From a phage: a stretch of DNA of 40,815 nucleotides. Position numbers and translations under genes: made by a program. Positions 32,623-40,815 of the stretch are shown piece after piece. The first letter of the stretch is position 1. Each line of letters begins with the position of its first letter. The notes beneath the pieces are model-generated. The model saw nothing but the letters and a program-made list of their open reading frames with translations. It made no database searches and was not told the DNA's origin. Location: sequence record NC_104876.1. The stretch is one strand, 5' to 3'.

Positions 32623-35136
32623 TTATGGCGCGACGCCGTCGTATTTATAGAATCCGTCGTCATAGTTGTAGCCAGTAATCTTGACCGTGCGGTCGTCGCC
32701 CGGGTCGATTGAAGAAACAACTATCTTCTGAGCATTATGCCTTGCTTCGTTGCCGAATGAAAACTCAGTTTTTAGCGCGCTATTCCCCGTGTAGATTGCT
32801 TCTTCCGGCGCGGAGAGCATAATCACCTCGCGGTCGTGGCTTCCTTTGATAACCGAGATACTCTGCACAGAGCCATCGCGCTTCTTGAGGATGATGGAGT
32901 GGTCGTCTCCGGGGGTAAACGTAACTGGCTGAGACAGCGTAAGCGTAAGCCCGTTAACGGCAACAACATAACCATCCTGCGGCGCGATGCGTGAGCCTTT
33001 AACCACGCAGATTACGCCGCCCGGTGTAGCGAGTGCCCCCTCTTCGGTAGCTTCGAACTCTACGACAACTTTACTTAACGCATTGCGCTGGTAGCGACGC
33101 CATGCCAGCCAGTACGCCTGCTGATAGTTGCGCACGCCCTTAGATTCGTACTCCTCAGTGTTTGCACCGAGTTCTTCCGGGATATAAATCGTTTCCTGTA
33201 CGTTCGTATCCGGGTCGATGTACGAGAACGACAGGCTATCGTAGGTCGTAGAATCGTTGAACGTGCGTGTCCATTTCTCCGTACCGGTCGTCTTACTACG
33301 GTGGGTGAACACCATTTCAGGCCCTGCAACCGGACGGTCGAAACGCAGCATAATGTCCGCGCCTTTACGGTACGCAGTACAGAACACGGCTTCAGCTATG
33401 GTCTGAACAATGTCCTGCATCGTCGTGTCGTAGTCGTCGAACGTGTAGCAGAATTGCCCGGCTAATTCGCTGCCAAAATAAGATTCAATCTCTTCCTGCA
33501 CAGCAAGTAACTTGTCCATGTTTGCCGTTGTCAGTTCCAGATTACCAACCGCCGGGTCACGCGCCAGTCTGATTAGCGACTGCACGGCCTGGGTGTTCGG
33601 TGTCATTACGCTATCAAATACGCCGTTACCTAGATATTTGTAGCACATCTCGGTCGCAATCATGCGCAGTTCAGGGTTATCGATACTGGCGGCCCGCGGT
33701 GTCTGTTTACGAGCGCAATGCACCGTTGTCCTGTTGCCGTAGTGCGGGGTTGTGTCCAGCGATTGCCCGTACAGGTTGATAAATGTTATCTCGTCGCTTA
33801 CGGTACCGTCGTAGTCCTTGTCGAAATTAGTTATACGGCGCATACGGGCGCGGAAACGCGATGCAGTAGGCAACTGCCCGTAGATAGAAGTACCGACGTA
33901 ATCCGTATTGTTGCCTGTAATTGTAGCCTGTACCGTGTAAATACCGCTCAACGGGTTACGATGAGAGTCAATCATCTGGTACTGGAGTTCTACGGTTACG
34001 CTGGTGCGGTTATAGCCGCCGTCGTATTTGTAGAGGCCGTTCTGCCCGGCTACGTTAGCGAGCACACGGTCGACTTCCCCACGCACCATGTAATACCAGT
34101 CGGTAAGGGATACGTCGTAGGTGTTGCTCGGGCCCATAAACGTATCTGAACGCTCTGTTAACGTGTACGTCTGCCCGCTGGTCAACGCCGCCCAGTTAGA
34201 CGCACCGTTTACCGCTAATCTTACTTCGAAGTCGTCAACGTATAAAACCTCAAACGAGCCGTTCAGGTTAGTGACATCAGCAACGTCAAAGTTGCTCAGC
34301 ACCGCGACATCACCGACGCTAAGAAACTCAGAAAAAGCAGAATCACCCGACGGGTCATAAATGTAGCCGGTGTTTGAAATACGTTTGGCGGTGCCGTCGG
34401 AGCTTGGGTTAGCTCCGATGTCGTTTGGCGCTTTCAGCACAATACCGTCAACGTCGTCGTTGGAGTATGTCACATAGAGTTTCTGATCAATGACGTCGCC
34501 GATTTGTAGTTGCGGCGATGTGGTGTTGTTCGGGGAGGTATACGGCGCGTATACGGCAACAGAAGAACCTGTGATGTCGCTTATCAGGGTGTCGCCTTCC
34601 GTTACGCCATCAGCCTCAATATGCAGATGCCCACGCCCCGCGTCATAATACGAATACTCCAGCAAAGCACCCGTGGAGTTGAACGCTTTATACGTCTGCA
34701 TCAGGTCGTTAGGGATTGTCTGCACAGTCCCGCAGATGTCATAGGAGCGCTCGTAAGGGCGTGGTTTGTTTGAGCGGTCTGTGAGGCTGTTATTTGGTGA
34801 TGTTGTCTGGTTGTTAGTCGCCGTATAGTTGGCGTTTGCGGACATGTTCAGACCAAACAACTTAGCGATTGGCTTAAGGATAAAACCGAACACCTTACTA
34901 ACGGCACCAAGCGCCCCGCTACCAGCACCCTCTATAATGTGGTACACGGCGTCTTCGTCTTTGAGTGCGTCGAAGTCGTCAGTTACGTCGGTATCATCAC
35001 CAATTTCGCCGAGGTAGACGCGCACCGGCACGCCGTCCGGGATACGGTTAACGACAAACTCCATCGGCATCCCGACGTGTTTTGTACGGTCGAAAGCGCC
35101 ATCAGCGTTTCGCGTGTAGTGCAGGATTATCGCCAA
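32623..35136 (-). CDS. Tail tip / central fibre protein (gpJ-like, possibly with gpI-like N-terminal part)
   Basis: 837-aa ORF downstream of the K-like and L-like genes and upstream of the tailspike. Confidence 0.45.
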   Translation of the reverse strand: MAIILHYTRNADGAFDRTKHVGMPMEFVVNRIPDGVPVRVYLGEIGDDTDVTDDFDALKDEDAVYHIIEGAGSGALGAVSKVFGFILKPIAKLFGLNMSANANYTATNNQTTSPNNSLTDRSNKPRPYERSYDICGTVQTIPNDLMQTYKAFNSTGALLEYSYYDAGRGHLHIEADGVTEGDTLISDITGSSVAVYAPYTSPNNTTSPQLQIGDVIDQKLYVTYSNDDVDGIVLKAPNDIGANPSSDGTAKRISNTGYIYDPSGDSAFSEFLSVGDVAVLSNFDVADVTNLNGSFEVLYVDDFEVRLAVNGASNWAALTSGQTYTLTERSDTFMGPSNTYDVSLTDWYYMVRGEVDRVLANVAGQNGLYKYDGGYNRTSVTVELQYQMIDSHRNPLSGIYTVQATITGNNTDYVGTSIYGQLPTASRFRARMRRITNFDKDYDGTVSDEITFINLYGQSLDTTPHYGNRTTVHCARKQTPRAASIDNPELRMIATEMCYKYLGNGVFDSVMTPNTQAVQSLIRLARDPAVGNLELTTANMDKLLAVQEEIESYFGSELAGQFCYTFDDYDTTMQDIVQTIAEAVFCTAYRKGADIMLRFDRPVAGPEMVFTHRSKTTGTEKWTRTFNDSTTYDSLSFSYIDPDTNVQETIYIPEELGANTEEYESKGVRNYQQAYWLAWRRYQRNALSKVVVEFEATEEGALATPGGVICVVKGSRIAPQDGYVVAVNGLTLTLSQPVTFTPGDDHSIILKKRDGSVQSISVIKGSHDREVIMLSAPEEAIYTGNSALKTEFSFGNEARHNAQKIVVSSIDPGDDRTVKITGYNYDDGFYKYDGVAP

Positions 35137-35492
35137 AATTCAATCTCCGTGTACGTGTCTCTGAGGTCCGCCAGCCTGTCAAGCCGTACCTGACGAGAAG
35201 CAAGCTCGCAATGGCTAACCATCCCGTCGAAGTATACTCCTGCGTGCCACACGATACGACCACCACGGCGATACCCCATAAGCACCGCACAGAAGTTTTC
35301 AGGCTTATCTATTTTCGTAAGCCCCTTCGTGTTGCGATGTCCTTCGTCGAACGCTTCATTAATTGCCGTTGGGCTTGTGACGTCGAACGCCGGGGTTTCT
35401 AACCCGGCATCCGCGCGGACAATGCGCACGTGATGCCAGCAATTGCGCTTGCGAAAGTCGTAAGGTATGCCCGTGTAGTCGTTAATATTCAT
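35127..35492 (-). CDS. Tail assembly protein, gpK-like (NlpC/P60-type Cys-His motif)
   Basis: Cys in NCWHHV and His in WHAGVY spaced as in NlpC/P60; 121 aa; in the M-L-K order. Confidence 0.45.
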   Translation of the reverse strand: MNINDYTGIPYDFRKRNCWHHVRIVRADAGLETPAFDVTSPTAINEAFDEGHRNTKGLTKIDKPENFCAVLMGYRRGGRIVWHAGVYFDGMVSHCELASRQVRLDRLADLRDTYTEIEFWR

Positions 35493-36019
35493 GTGGTCAA
35501 CAGGCCGCGTAATAACGGTATCTCTTTAGGTGTCATCAGTATACCAGTGCTTCGTTGGTTCAGCATAGGTGTACCAACATCTGCGGAGAACTCGCCATTC
35601 TCCTGGTTGATGGCCTGTAACTCGTACACGACCGGGCCGTCAGCCGGGTAAGACAGGTCGGTGCTGACGTAACGGCGAAATACGAACTTCGGCAACTCGG
35701 TGTTACTCATCGGGATTTTATCCATCTCATCATCAAGTTGATTGAGGATATCCGGTAGAGTAAACGTGGTCGTCTGGTCCATGTCACTGTTGTTAGCCGC
35801 GCCCGACGCCTCCATCGGGGTTGGCTCGAATGTTATTGTTTCGCCTGTCTCCAGTGTCGCCGTAAGTTCCTGTAGCCCGCGCACAAGATAATACGTCTTT
35901 GACAGCAACGGGTGGCTGATTTGCAACGTGATGTAGTCCATCTCACCATCTGGGTTCGACGCCAGCTTACGGCGGTAGGCTGCTTCTACTGATTCCTGAC
36001 TCATTGCATCGGGTCCCAA
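35489..36019 (-). CDS. Minor tail protein, gpL-like
   Basis: 176-aa ORF between M-like and K-like genes; overlapping start/stop. Confidence 0.45.
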   Translation of the reverse strand: MGPDAMSQESVEAAYRRKLASNPDGEMDYITLQISHPLLSKTYYLVRGLQELTATLETGETITFEPTPMEASGAANNSDMDQTTTFTLPDILNQLDDEMDKIPMSNTELPKFVFRRYVSTDLSYPADGPVVYELQAINQENGEFSADVGTPMLNQRSTGILMTPKEIPLLRGLLTT

Positions 36020-36501
36020 ATTCGTGGAAACGTTGATTGCGCGGTTCCGTAGGCTTTAAGGAAACACCCCAGCCCGTCACCATAGCAACCAAACAAATCT
36101 GGCAGATTGTTAATCAGGCACTGGTTCTCAAGGTCCTGGAACGGCGATTTCTCGGCAGTTGCCGTGAAGGTGATTGTCCAGTTAATCCCGTCTTCGGTGG
36201 ACTCGGCGATAGTGGACGTAATGGTTACCTGATAATCTTCGATGCCCATGCCGAAGTCGTGCGCCATCCAGAAACTTGACGCACCGCCGTCTACTTTTTC
36301 GAGGAACGACAGAAACGCTTGTCGCCCCATTGCGGATGTAATCAGGGTTACGCTAACAGGGAACACGTCGTAATACGTGTCACGGCCCTGACGCACCCCG
36401 CCACCGGCTAAATCTACACTCCAGACGTTGTTACGTCTGGTCATTGAGTAGCCTTTCGATACAATTGGCTTAAGGCTACGTGGGAAATATAAGTCGCTCA
36501 T
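36001..36501 (-). CDS. Minor tail protein, gpM-like
   Basis: YDVFPVSVTLITS...FLSFLEKVDGGASSFWM resembles the lambda gpM pattern as recalled; directly downstream of the tape measure gene. Confidence 0.5.
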   Translation of the reverse strand: MSDLYFPRSLKPIVSKGYSMTRRNNVWSVDLAGGGVRQGRDTYYDVFPVSVTLITSAMGRQAFLSFLEKVDGGASSFWMAHDFGMGIEDYQVTITSTIAESTEDGINWTITFTATAEKSPFQDLENQCLINNLPDLFGCYGDGLGCFLKAYGTAQSTFPRIWDPMQ

Positions 36502-38774
36502 TATTTGAACCCCGGCGCGTTTCTTGTGGCCTTGCGGGCCTTGCTAATCTTACTGTTGCTGTTCTGCAAAGAGGCCGCCACTTGCTCTTCAATGATGATA
36601 CGCAAACGGCCTTCATCATCTTGTTCAGTGGATACGTTGCCAATCTGAGAACTCGTGTTGTTTACGATAGTAACATTAGACGGGCCGGAAGAAGACCCGT
36701 TTTGCCCCATAATTTCTTTCATCTGCTGTGCTGTGCGAACACGAGATGCGCCAGCCGGCATAATAACTTCTGGTTTACCGCGTTCTGCGATGGTGGAAGC
36801 CTGCCCCGCGGATAACTGTCCACCCTGTTCACGCGCGGACCGGATAGCGGAAACCTGCGCCATACCTGCACCAACGGCAGCGGCAGCGGCTACAGGGGCC
36901 AGGAACGGGCCAACTACAGGTATAGCTGCCGTTGACTTGTACGCCTCAATAGCTGCGGTGTACGTGGCGATAGTGGCCTGTACGATAGCGAATGCCTTGT
37001 ACGCGCCAGAAGCCTCACCCAACGCAGACCCGATGTTTGAGGCCATGTTACCAAAGGCCGTTGCCGTTGCATCGGCACGTTTGGTTGCGTATTGCTCGTT
37101 GATGGCGTTAAGAGCGGCCTGATACTGCTTCTCGCTAATCAAACCCTGCTCGCGGTACTTATCCGCTACCGCCAGTTTCTGCTGTTCCTGGATGTCGAGA
37201 AGCTCAAGCTCAGTAGCGTTCTGACCCATAATCTGAGCCATGAAGTCGTCACCTTTCTGCTGCTTTTCCTGGGCTTCTTTCTGGCGTTTATCCAGTTCAT
37301 CTTGTCGTTTTTGCCCGGCTTCGAGGACGATAGCTGTTTTAGCTTGTTCATATTCTTTCAGGGACAACGCGCCCTGGCTGTAGAACTCTTTTGCCTTAGC
37401 CAGTTTCTGCTGTTCCTGCGCGTCGATAGCCTTTAACTCGTCGTTGTTCTGACGGGCCAAAGTGTCGAGGTAATCTTGCGCCTGATTCCGCAATTGCTCT
37501 GCTTTCTTGGCGGCGGCTTTTGCTGCTTTATCGTCGGTTGTCCCCACCCCACCAGTTCCGCCCTTTTTATTAACAAGGCTGGCTAAGTCAATTTCTTGCT
37601 TCTTACGCTCGTCGTACTGCTTGCGCTGTTCCTCAATTTCTTTCTTACGCTGCTTAGACCTGTCGGTAATGGCTTGGGATTCGGCCTCTGCACGTTTTAT
37701 ACTGGCGTCGTATGCGGCGTCAGCTTCTGCGGTCAGGTTTTTAAATGTGAGTGCTGCCGTTTTGCTCGGATCAAACACGTCTGCGAGGGTCTGACCTAAC
37801 GCTACGGCGTAATCGTCAATGCGCTGGAACCACGCAATAACCTCGTGAAACGTCTGCTGGATGTCAGGCAACCATTCACGGATAGCATCCGGTATAGTAC
37901 CCAGCGAGTCTGACATATCCGCGGATTTGTCCTCGGTATCGTATGCCAGGTCGTTTAAGGCATCAGAAATAAACTTGAATGATTCATTGAACAGTGTCAC
38001 CCAATCCTGGAGCGTGGCGGCTATCTCATTAGACGCAATGGCGTCGGTGAGTGCCGAAATAGCGTCTTCTGCCTTCGCGGCTTGCTCACCTACGGCGTCG
38101 CCGAAACCGGATTGCGCTACCGCAAGTACAAGGCCATCAAAGGAGTCCGCCAGGCTCGACAACTGACCGTCTAACGTCTTAGAGCGCGTCTCCATCGCCC
38201 CGGCGAAATCGGTGTTGCCGATGTTTAGCAGGTATTTCTGAATCTCTTCGGAGTTCTTTTTAACCGTGGTGGTGACGCCGCGGAACGTGAACGAAACGGT
38301 ATCTGCCTGTTGGGAAGACTTGATACCGAACTCTTTCAGTCGCTCAAACTCAAAGGTACTGGCGTCGGCAACCGCCTCAATCATCTGATTAAGGTCTTTA
38401 CCCATAGCCGCCGCGGTGTTGCCGTAGGAGATTAACGCCTCTTTGCTTGGGTTCAGGCCGAGGGCCACCAGCTTAGTAAAGCCTTCCACCGCCTGGTTAA
38501 GACCATATGGGGTTTCTTTTGCGAACTGTTGCAGGACGCTGAAAGCCTTAGCCGCGTTCTCAGCGCTCCCGGTCATTGTGATGAGGCCGGAGTTCAGCTT
38601 ATCGAAGTTGCGCTGGGAGTCCACCAGCGCACTGAACACCTGTTTGGCAGTTTCCAGACTGACAACGGCGGCGGCGGCGGCCCCCGCCGCCTTGGTAAGC
38701 CCGTTCAGTTGTGATGTGGTTTTATCGACGCCGGTCGATGATACTCGTACTATCAAGCTAGCGGTATCAGCCAT
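36501..38774 (-). CDS. Tail tape measure protein
   Basis: 757 aa, long Ala/Gln/Lys-rich coiled coils with internal repeats, C-terminal Gly/Ala-rich hydrophobic segment. Start set to ATG 38774 (MADTAS); track start 38789 is TTG. Confidence 0.7.
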   Translation of the reverse strand: MADTASLIVRVSSTGVDKTTSQLNGLTKAAGAAAAAVVSLETAKQVFSALVDSQRNFDKLNSGLITMTGSAENAAKAFSVLQQFAKETPYGLNQAVEGFTKLVALGLNPSKEALISYGNTAAAMGKDLNQMIEAVADASTFEFERLKEFGIKSSQQADTVSFTFRGVTTTVKKNSEEIQKYLLNIGNTDFAGAMETRSKTLDGQLSSLADSFDGLVLAVAQSGFGDAVGEQAAKAEDAISALTDAIASNEIAATLQDWVTLFNESFKFISDALNDLAYDTEDKSADMSDSLGTIPDAIREWLPDIQQTFHEVIAWFQRIDDYAVALGQTLADVFDPSKTAALTFKNLTAEADAAYDASIKRAEAESQAITDRSKQRKKEIEEQRKQYDERKKQEIDLASLVNKKGGTGGVGTTDDKAAKAAAKKAEQLRNQAQDYLDTLARQNNDELKAIDAQEQQKLAKAKEFYSQGALSLKEYEQAKTAIVLEAGQKRQDELDKRQKEAQEKQQKGDDFMAQIMGQNATELELLDIQEQQKLAVADKYREQGLISEKQYQAALNAINEQYATKRADATATAFGNMASNIGSALGEASGAYKAFAIVQATIATYTAAIEAYKSTAAIPVVGPFLAPVAAAAAVGAGMAQVSAIRSAREQGGQLSAGQASTIAERGKPEVIMPAGASRVRTAQQMKEIMGQNGSSSGPSNVTIVNNTSSQIGNVSTEQDDEGRLRIIIEEQVAASLQNSNSKISKARKATRNAPGFK
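37171..37419 (-). repeat. Internal tandem duplication within the tape measure gene
   Basis: Exact 19-nt repeat CCAGTTTCTGCTGTTCCTG at 37172-37190 and 37401-37419; protein repeat IDAQEQQKLAKAKEFY / LDIQEQQKLAVADKYR. Confidence 0.6.
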
Positions 38775-39099
38775 GATTTCTACCTTCAAAGATTGCTTCT
38801 AAGCCCATGATAATGTCTATCTCGAACAGGCTAAGCTGTTTTTGCGTAACATCGAGATAGGCTTTCAGGTCTTGCCACGTAACAGATTCTCTTGCAAACA
38901 ATACTACAGCGTCCTCGCGCACGTGTCGCGTAAACTTAATGTCGCAATACGTCTCAAAGGTGGATATAAAAAGGGGTGGGCATTCTGGCCCACCCCGTCG
39001 CGCTGCACGTTTTTTCTTATCGATTACACCCATCGCGATAAGCGCCTGTTCGTGTCCGTCGGCGATAGAATCAAACTCTCTGATTTTATGCTTATCCAC
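38767..39099 (-). CDS. Tail assembly chaperone extension (gpT-like), probably made by -1 frameshift from the upstream chaperone ORF
   Basis: No RBS and a GTG as first in-frame start; frame is open back into the last codons of 39132..39548; stop overlaps the tape measure start. Confidence 0.4.
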   Translation of the reverse strand: MDKHKIREFDSIADGHEQALIAMGVIDKKKRAARRGGPECPPLFISTFETYCDIKFTRHVREDAVVLFARESVTWQDLKAYLDVTQKQLSLFEIDIIMGLEAIFEGRNHG

Positions 39100-39131
39100 A
39101 AACTCGTAGGTGGCGAACCTGTACAGCGCGT

Positions 39132-39548
39132 CTACTTTTCCTGTAATGCTTTACGCTCGGCGTTATGGAACGCCGCCACCTGTGTACCTAATGCCTTGAA
39201 TTGGTCGAGCAATTTGCTAAACGCTTCCTTAGAGAAAGGCTCGTCAAAGCTCCAGCCGTTTACTACTTCTGCCGCAAGTTGCCGGTTGAGGTCTTCTGCC
39301 AGTTCGTTAACCGCCAGGTTATATTCAGTATAATCACCAGAGTCTTTGGCAGCTTTTTCCAGTTCTTCAAAACGTGCCAGCCCGCGGCGGTACGCAATAA
39401 TGAAAGCACGCCCCGCTTTAACGGCGGCATCCGCATCTGGATTTACAACGTTAAGCCACTCACCGGAGTCTTCGCCATTCGGCAGGAGAATCGGCATCTT
39501 CTTGCCCGCCAGTGCTTTCTCTTCGAAATAAAAATCAGAAAGTTTCAT
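39132..39548 (-). CDS. Tail assembly chaperone (gpG-like)
   Basis: 138-aa ORF immediately upstream of the tape measure region; ends at slippery-like GGAAAAG plus stop. Confidence 0.45.
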   Translation of the reverse strand: MKLSDFYFEEKALAGKKMPILLPNGEDSGEWLNVVNPDADAAVKAGRAFIIAYRRGLARFEELEKAAKDSGDYTEYNLAVNELAEDLNRQLAAEVVNGWSFDEPFSKEAFSKLLDQFKALGTQVAAFHNAERKALQEK

Positions 39549-39656
39549 TCTTTAATCCTTTGGTTAAGAGGTTACAGGTTAACGATAAATGCGCCAGACG
39601 GGAACCACCCGCTTTTCGTGTGCGACACTAGGCGCAAAATTATTCTATCACATTAC

Positions 39657-39688
39657 TTGCACACCCCAACATAATAGGGTACTATTCA
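39657..39688 (+). promoter_or_regulatory. Promoter (TTGCAC-N17-TACTAT) with operator AATAGGGTACTATT driving the accessory cassette
   Basis: -35 39657-39662, -10 39680-39685; operator 39673-39686. Over about 35 nt it is nearly identical to the reverse complement of the 17201-17235 promoter. Confidence 0.55.
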
Positions 39689-39715
39689 CTTACACCAACA
39701 ATGAAGGGGTTTAAA

Positions 39716-39907
39716 ATGTCCAGTTTACCAGTTTCCTTAATTCTGATTGCACTGCTCGCTTATTTCGCGCCTTTCCTGGTTGCGTACTTCCGTAACCATA
39801 AAGCGAAGTTAGCGATATTCATGGCTAATCTGTTTCTTGGCTGGGCGCTGCTGCCGTGGGTCTTTATTTTAATCTGGGCGTGCAACTCGAATGTTAACGA
39901 GAAGTGA
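39716..39907 (+). CDS. Small membrane protein, Imm-like (superinfection-immunity family)
   Basis: Two hydrophobic helices with AYFAPFLVAYFRNHKAKLAIFMANLFLGWALLPWVFILIWA pattern recalled for T4 Imm-like proteins. Start at 39716 with AAGGGG RBS (track start 39701 lacks RBS). Confidence 0.45.
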   Translation: MSSLPVSLILIALLAYFAPFLVAYFRNHKAKLAIFMANLFLGWALLPWVFILIWACNSNVNEK

Positions 39908-39945
39908 GCTAGTATAGGACAAATCCTAAACACGAGGAAGTAAGT

Positions 39946-40815
39946 ATGGCCAAGAAGAAAATAACCGACGAACAGTTGCAGGAAGAATTGAACGCCGGGA
40001 TGAAGAATATCGATATAGCTCGTAAATACGGCATCTCTGACCGCGTTATCCGTATCCGTAAAGCGAAGCTGGCTAAGAAAGGCGTAGGCCACGGGCGCGA
40101 CGTTAGTCACCTTGTGCCGGACGGCTACAAGATTAAAGGAACGTCGTCGCTGGTGGACGAGTTCGGCAACACTAAGTTGCAATGGGTTAAGACAGACACC
40201 GATGCTGAACGTCAGGTCGAGTTGATGAAAGCCGTAATCGAAGGAATGAAATCAGAGATTACACCAGTCGCCCCTGTTAAAGCAGCACGCGCCAAACGCG
40301 ACGGCAAGCTACTCAATCTTTACACGGTATCTGATTTTCACCTCGGTATGCTGGCATGGGCTGACGAGAGCGGCGACGACTGGGATATGAAAATCGCGGA
40401 AGACCTGTTCTCTCGTTGGTTCGATGCCGCGTTTCAGAAAGCGCCGGATGCAGGAACAGGAGTTATTAATCTGCTCGGCGACCTTGCGCACTTCGATAGC
40501 CTGGACGCCGTTACACCGGCAAGTGGTCATGTTCTCGATGCGGACACGCGCTATCAGAAACTGGTCCGCTACATGATTCGTATGGTCCGCCGTGTCGTTG
40601 ATATGGCCCTTGTTAAGCATAAAAATGTTCGCTTGCTTATTGTGCAAGGTAACCACGACGAAAGCGGAATGATTTGGTTAGCTGAGATGTTTAGTACGCT
40701 GTACGACAATGAGCCGTGTGTGTTCGTCGATACGTCGCCGGATGTTTACAAGATGGTGCAACACGGCAAAACTACGCTGTTCTTTCACCACGGCCATAAA
40801 GCACGCTTCGATGCT
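39946..40815 (+). CDS. Metallophosphoesterase with N-terminal HTH-like region, 5' part; runs off the window end and continues in frame at nt 1
   Basis: GAGGAAG RBS; motifs SDFHLG (DxH), LLGDLAHFD (GDxxD), QGNHDE (GNHD/E), FFHHGH (GH); no stop before 40815. Confidence 0.6.
   Translation, partial: MAKKKITDEQLQEELNAGMKNIDIARKYGISDRVIRIRKAKLAKKGVGHGRDVSHLVPDGYKIKGTSSLVDEFGNTKLQWVKTDTDAERQVELMKAVIEGMKSEITPVAPVKAARAKRDGKLLNLYTVSDFHLGMLAWADESGDDWDMKIAEDLFSRWFDAAFQKAPDAGTGVINLLGDLAHFDSLDAVTPASGHVLDADTRYQKLVRYMIRMVRRVVDMALVKHKNVRLLIVQGNHDESGMIWLAEMFSTLYDNEPCVFVDTSPDVYKMVQHGKTTLFFHHGHKARFDA

Noticed and set aside
37171-37419. Tape measure repeats as a CRISPR-like or mobile repeat array
   Set aside because: Only two copies, in frame within a coding sequence and translating to a duplicated coiled coil. 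No CRISPR-like regular spacing and no tRNA cloverleaf was recognised anywhere, though I could not run a tRNA scan.

Overview
The window reads as an essentially complete ~40.8 kb genome of a virulent-looking tailed dsDNA phage with a siphovirus-type tail module, laid out so that the two window ends fall inside one gene. All calls are from motif recognition by eye on the supplied six-frame track; no database search was run, so family names are hypotheses. Layout: four transcription arms separated by two divergent promoter regions (17178-17663 and 39549-39715) and two convergent hairpin terminators (1303-1320 and 29591-29608). Minus arm 17168->1326: small early genes, lysis cassette (holin, second membrane protein, GH24 endolysin), small and large terminase, portal, head morphogenesis protein, Ig-like protein, an Rz/Rz1-like spanin pair, scaffold, major capsid protein, neck proteins and a gpV-like tail tube protein. 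Plus arm 17664->29586: HTH regulator, primase-helicase, acidic proteins, Cas4-like PD-(D/E)XK exonuclease, family A DNA polymerase, VRR-NUC nuclease, a C5-cytosine methyltransferase-like gene and an SNF2 helicase. Minus arm 39548->29614: tail chaperones (G/GT-like with a -1 frameshift site), tape measure, M/L/K/J-like tip proteins and a 984-aa tailspike with sialidase-type Asp-boxes and a C-terminal S74-type chaperone domain. The best candidate for an undescribed system is a four-gene opposite-strand cassette (39716->1297, crossing the window junction) sitting between the tail tube and tail chaperone genes: an Imm-like membrane protein, an HTH-metallophosphoesterase, a HAD phosphatase and a dNMP-kinase-like P-loop kinase, driven by a promoter that carries the phage's own operator palindrome. 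Other notable points: a GAATAG-N4-CTATT operator repeated at seven or more promoters, an identical C-terminal EDLE tail on three replication proteins, and a methyltransferase-like gene whose conserved motifs lie in two reading frames. No tRNA, CRISPR array, integrase or transposase was recognised. The organisation resembles Jersey-like/K1-capsule coliphages from memory, which is unverified.
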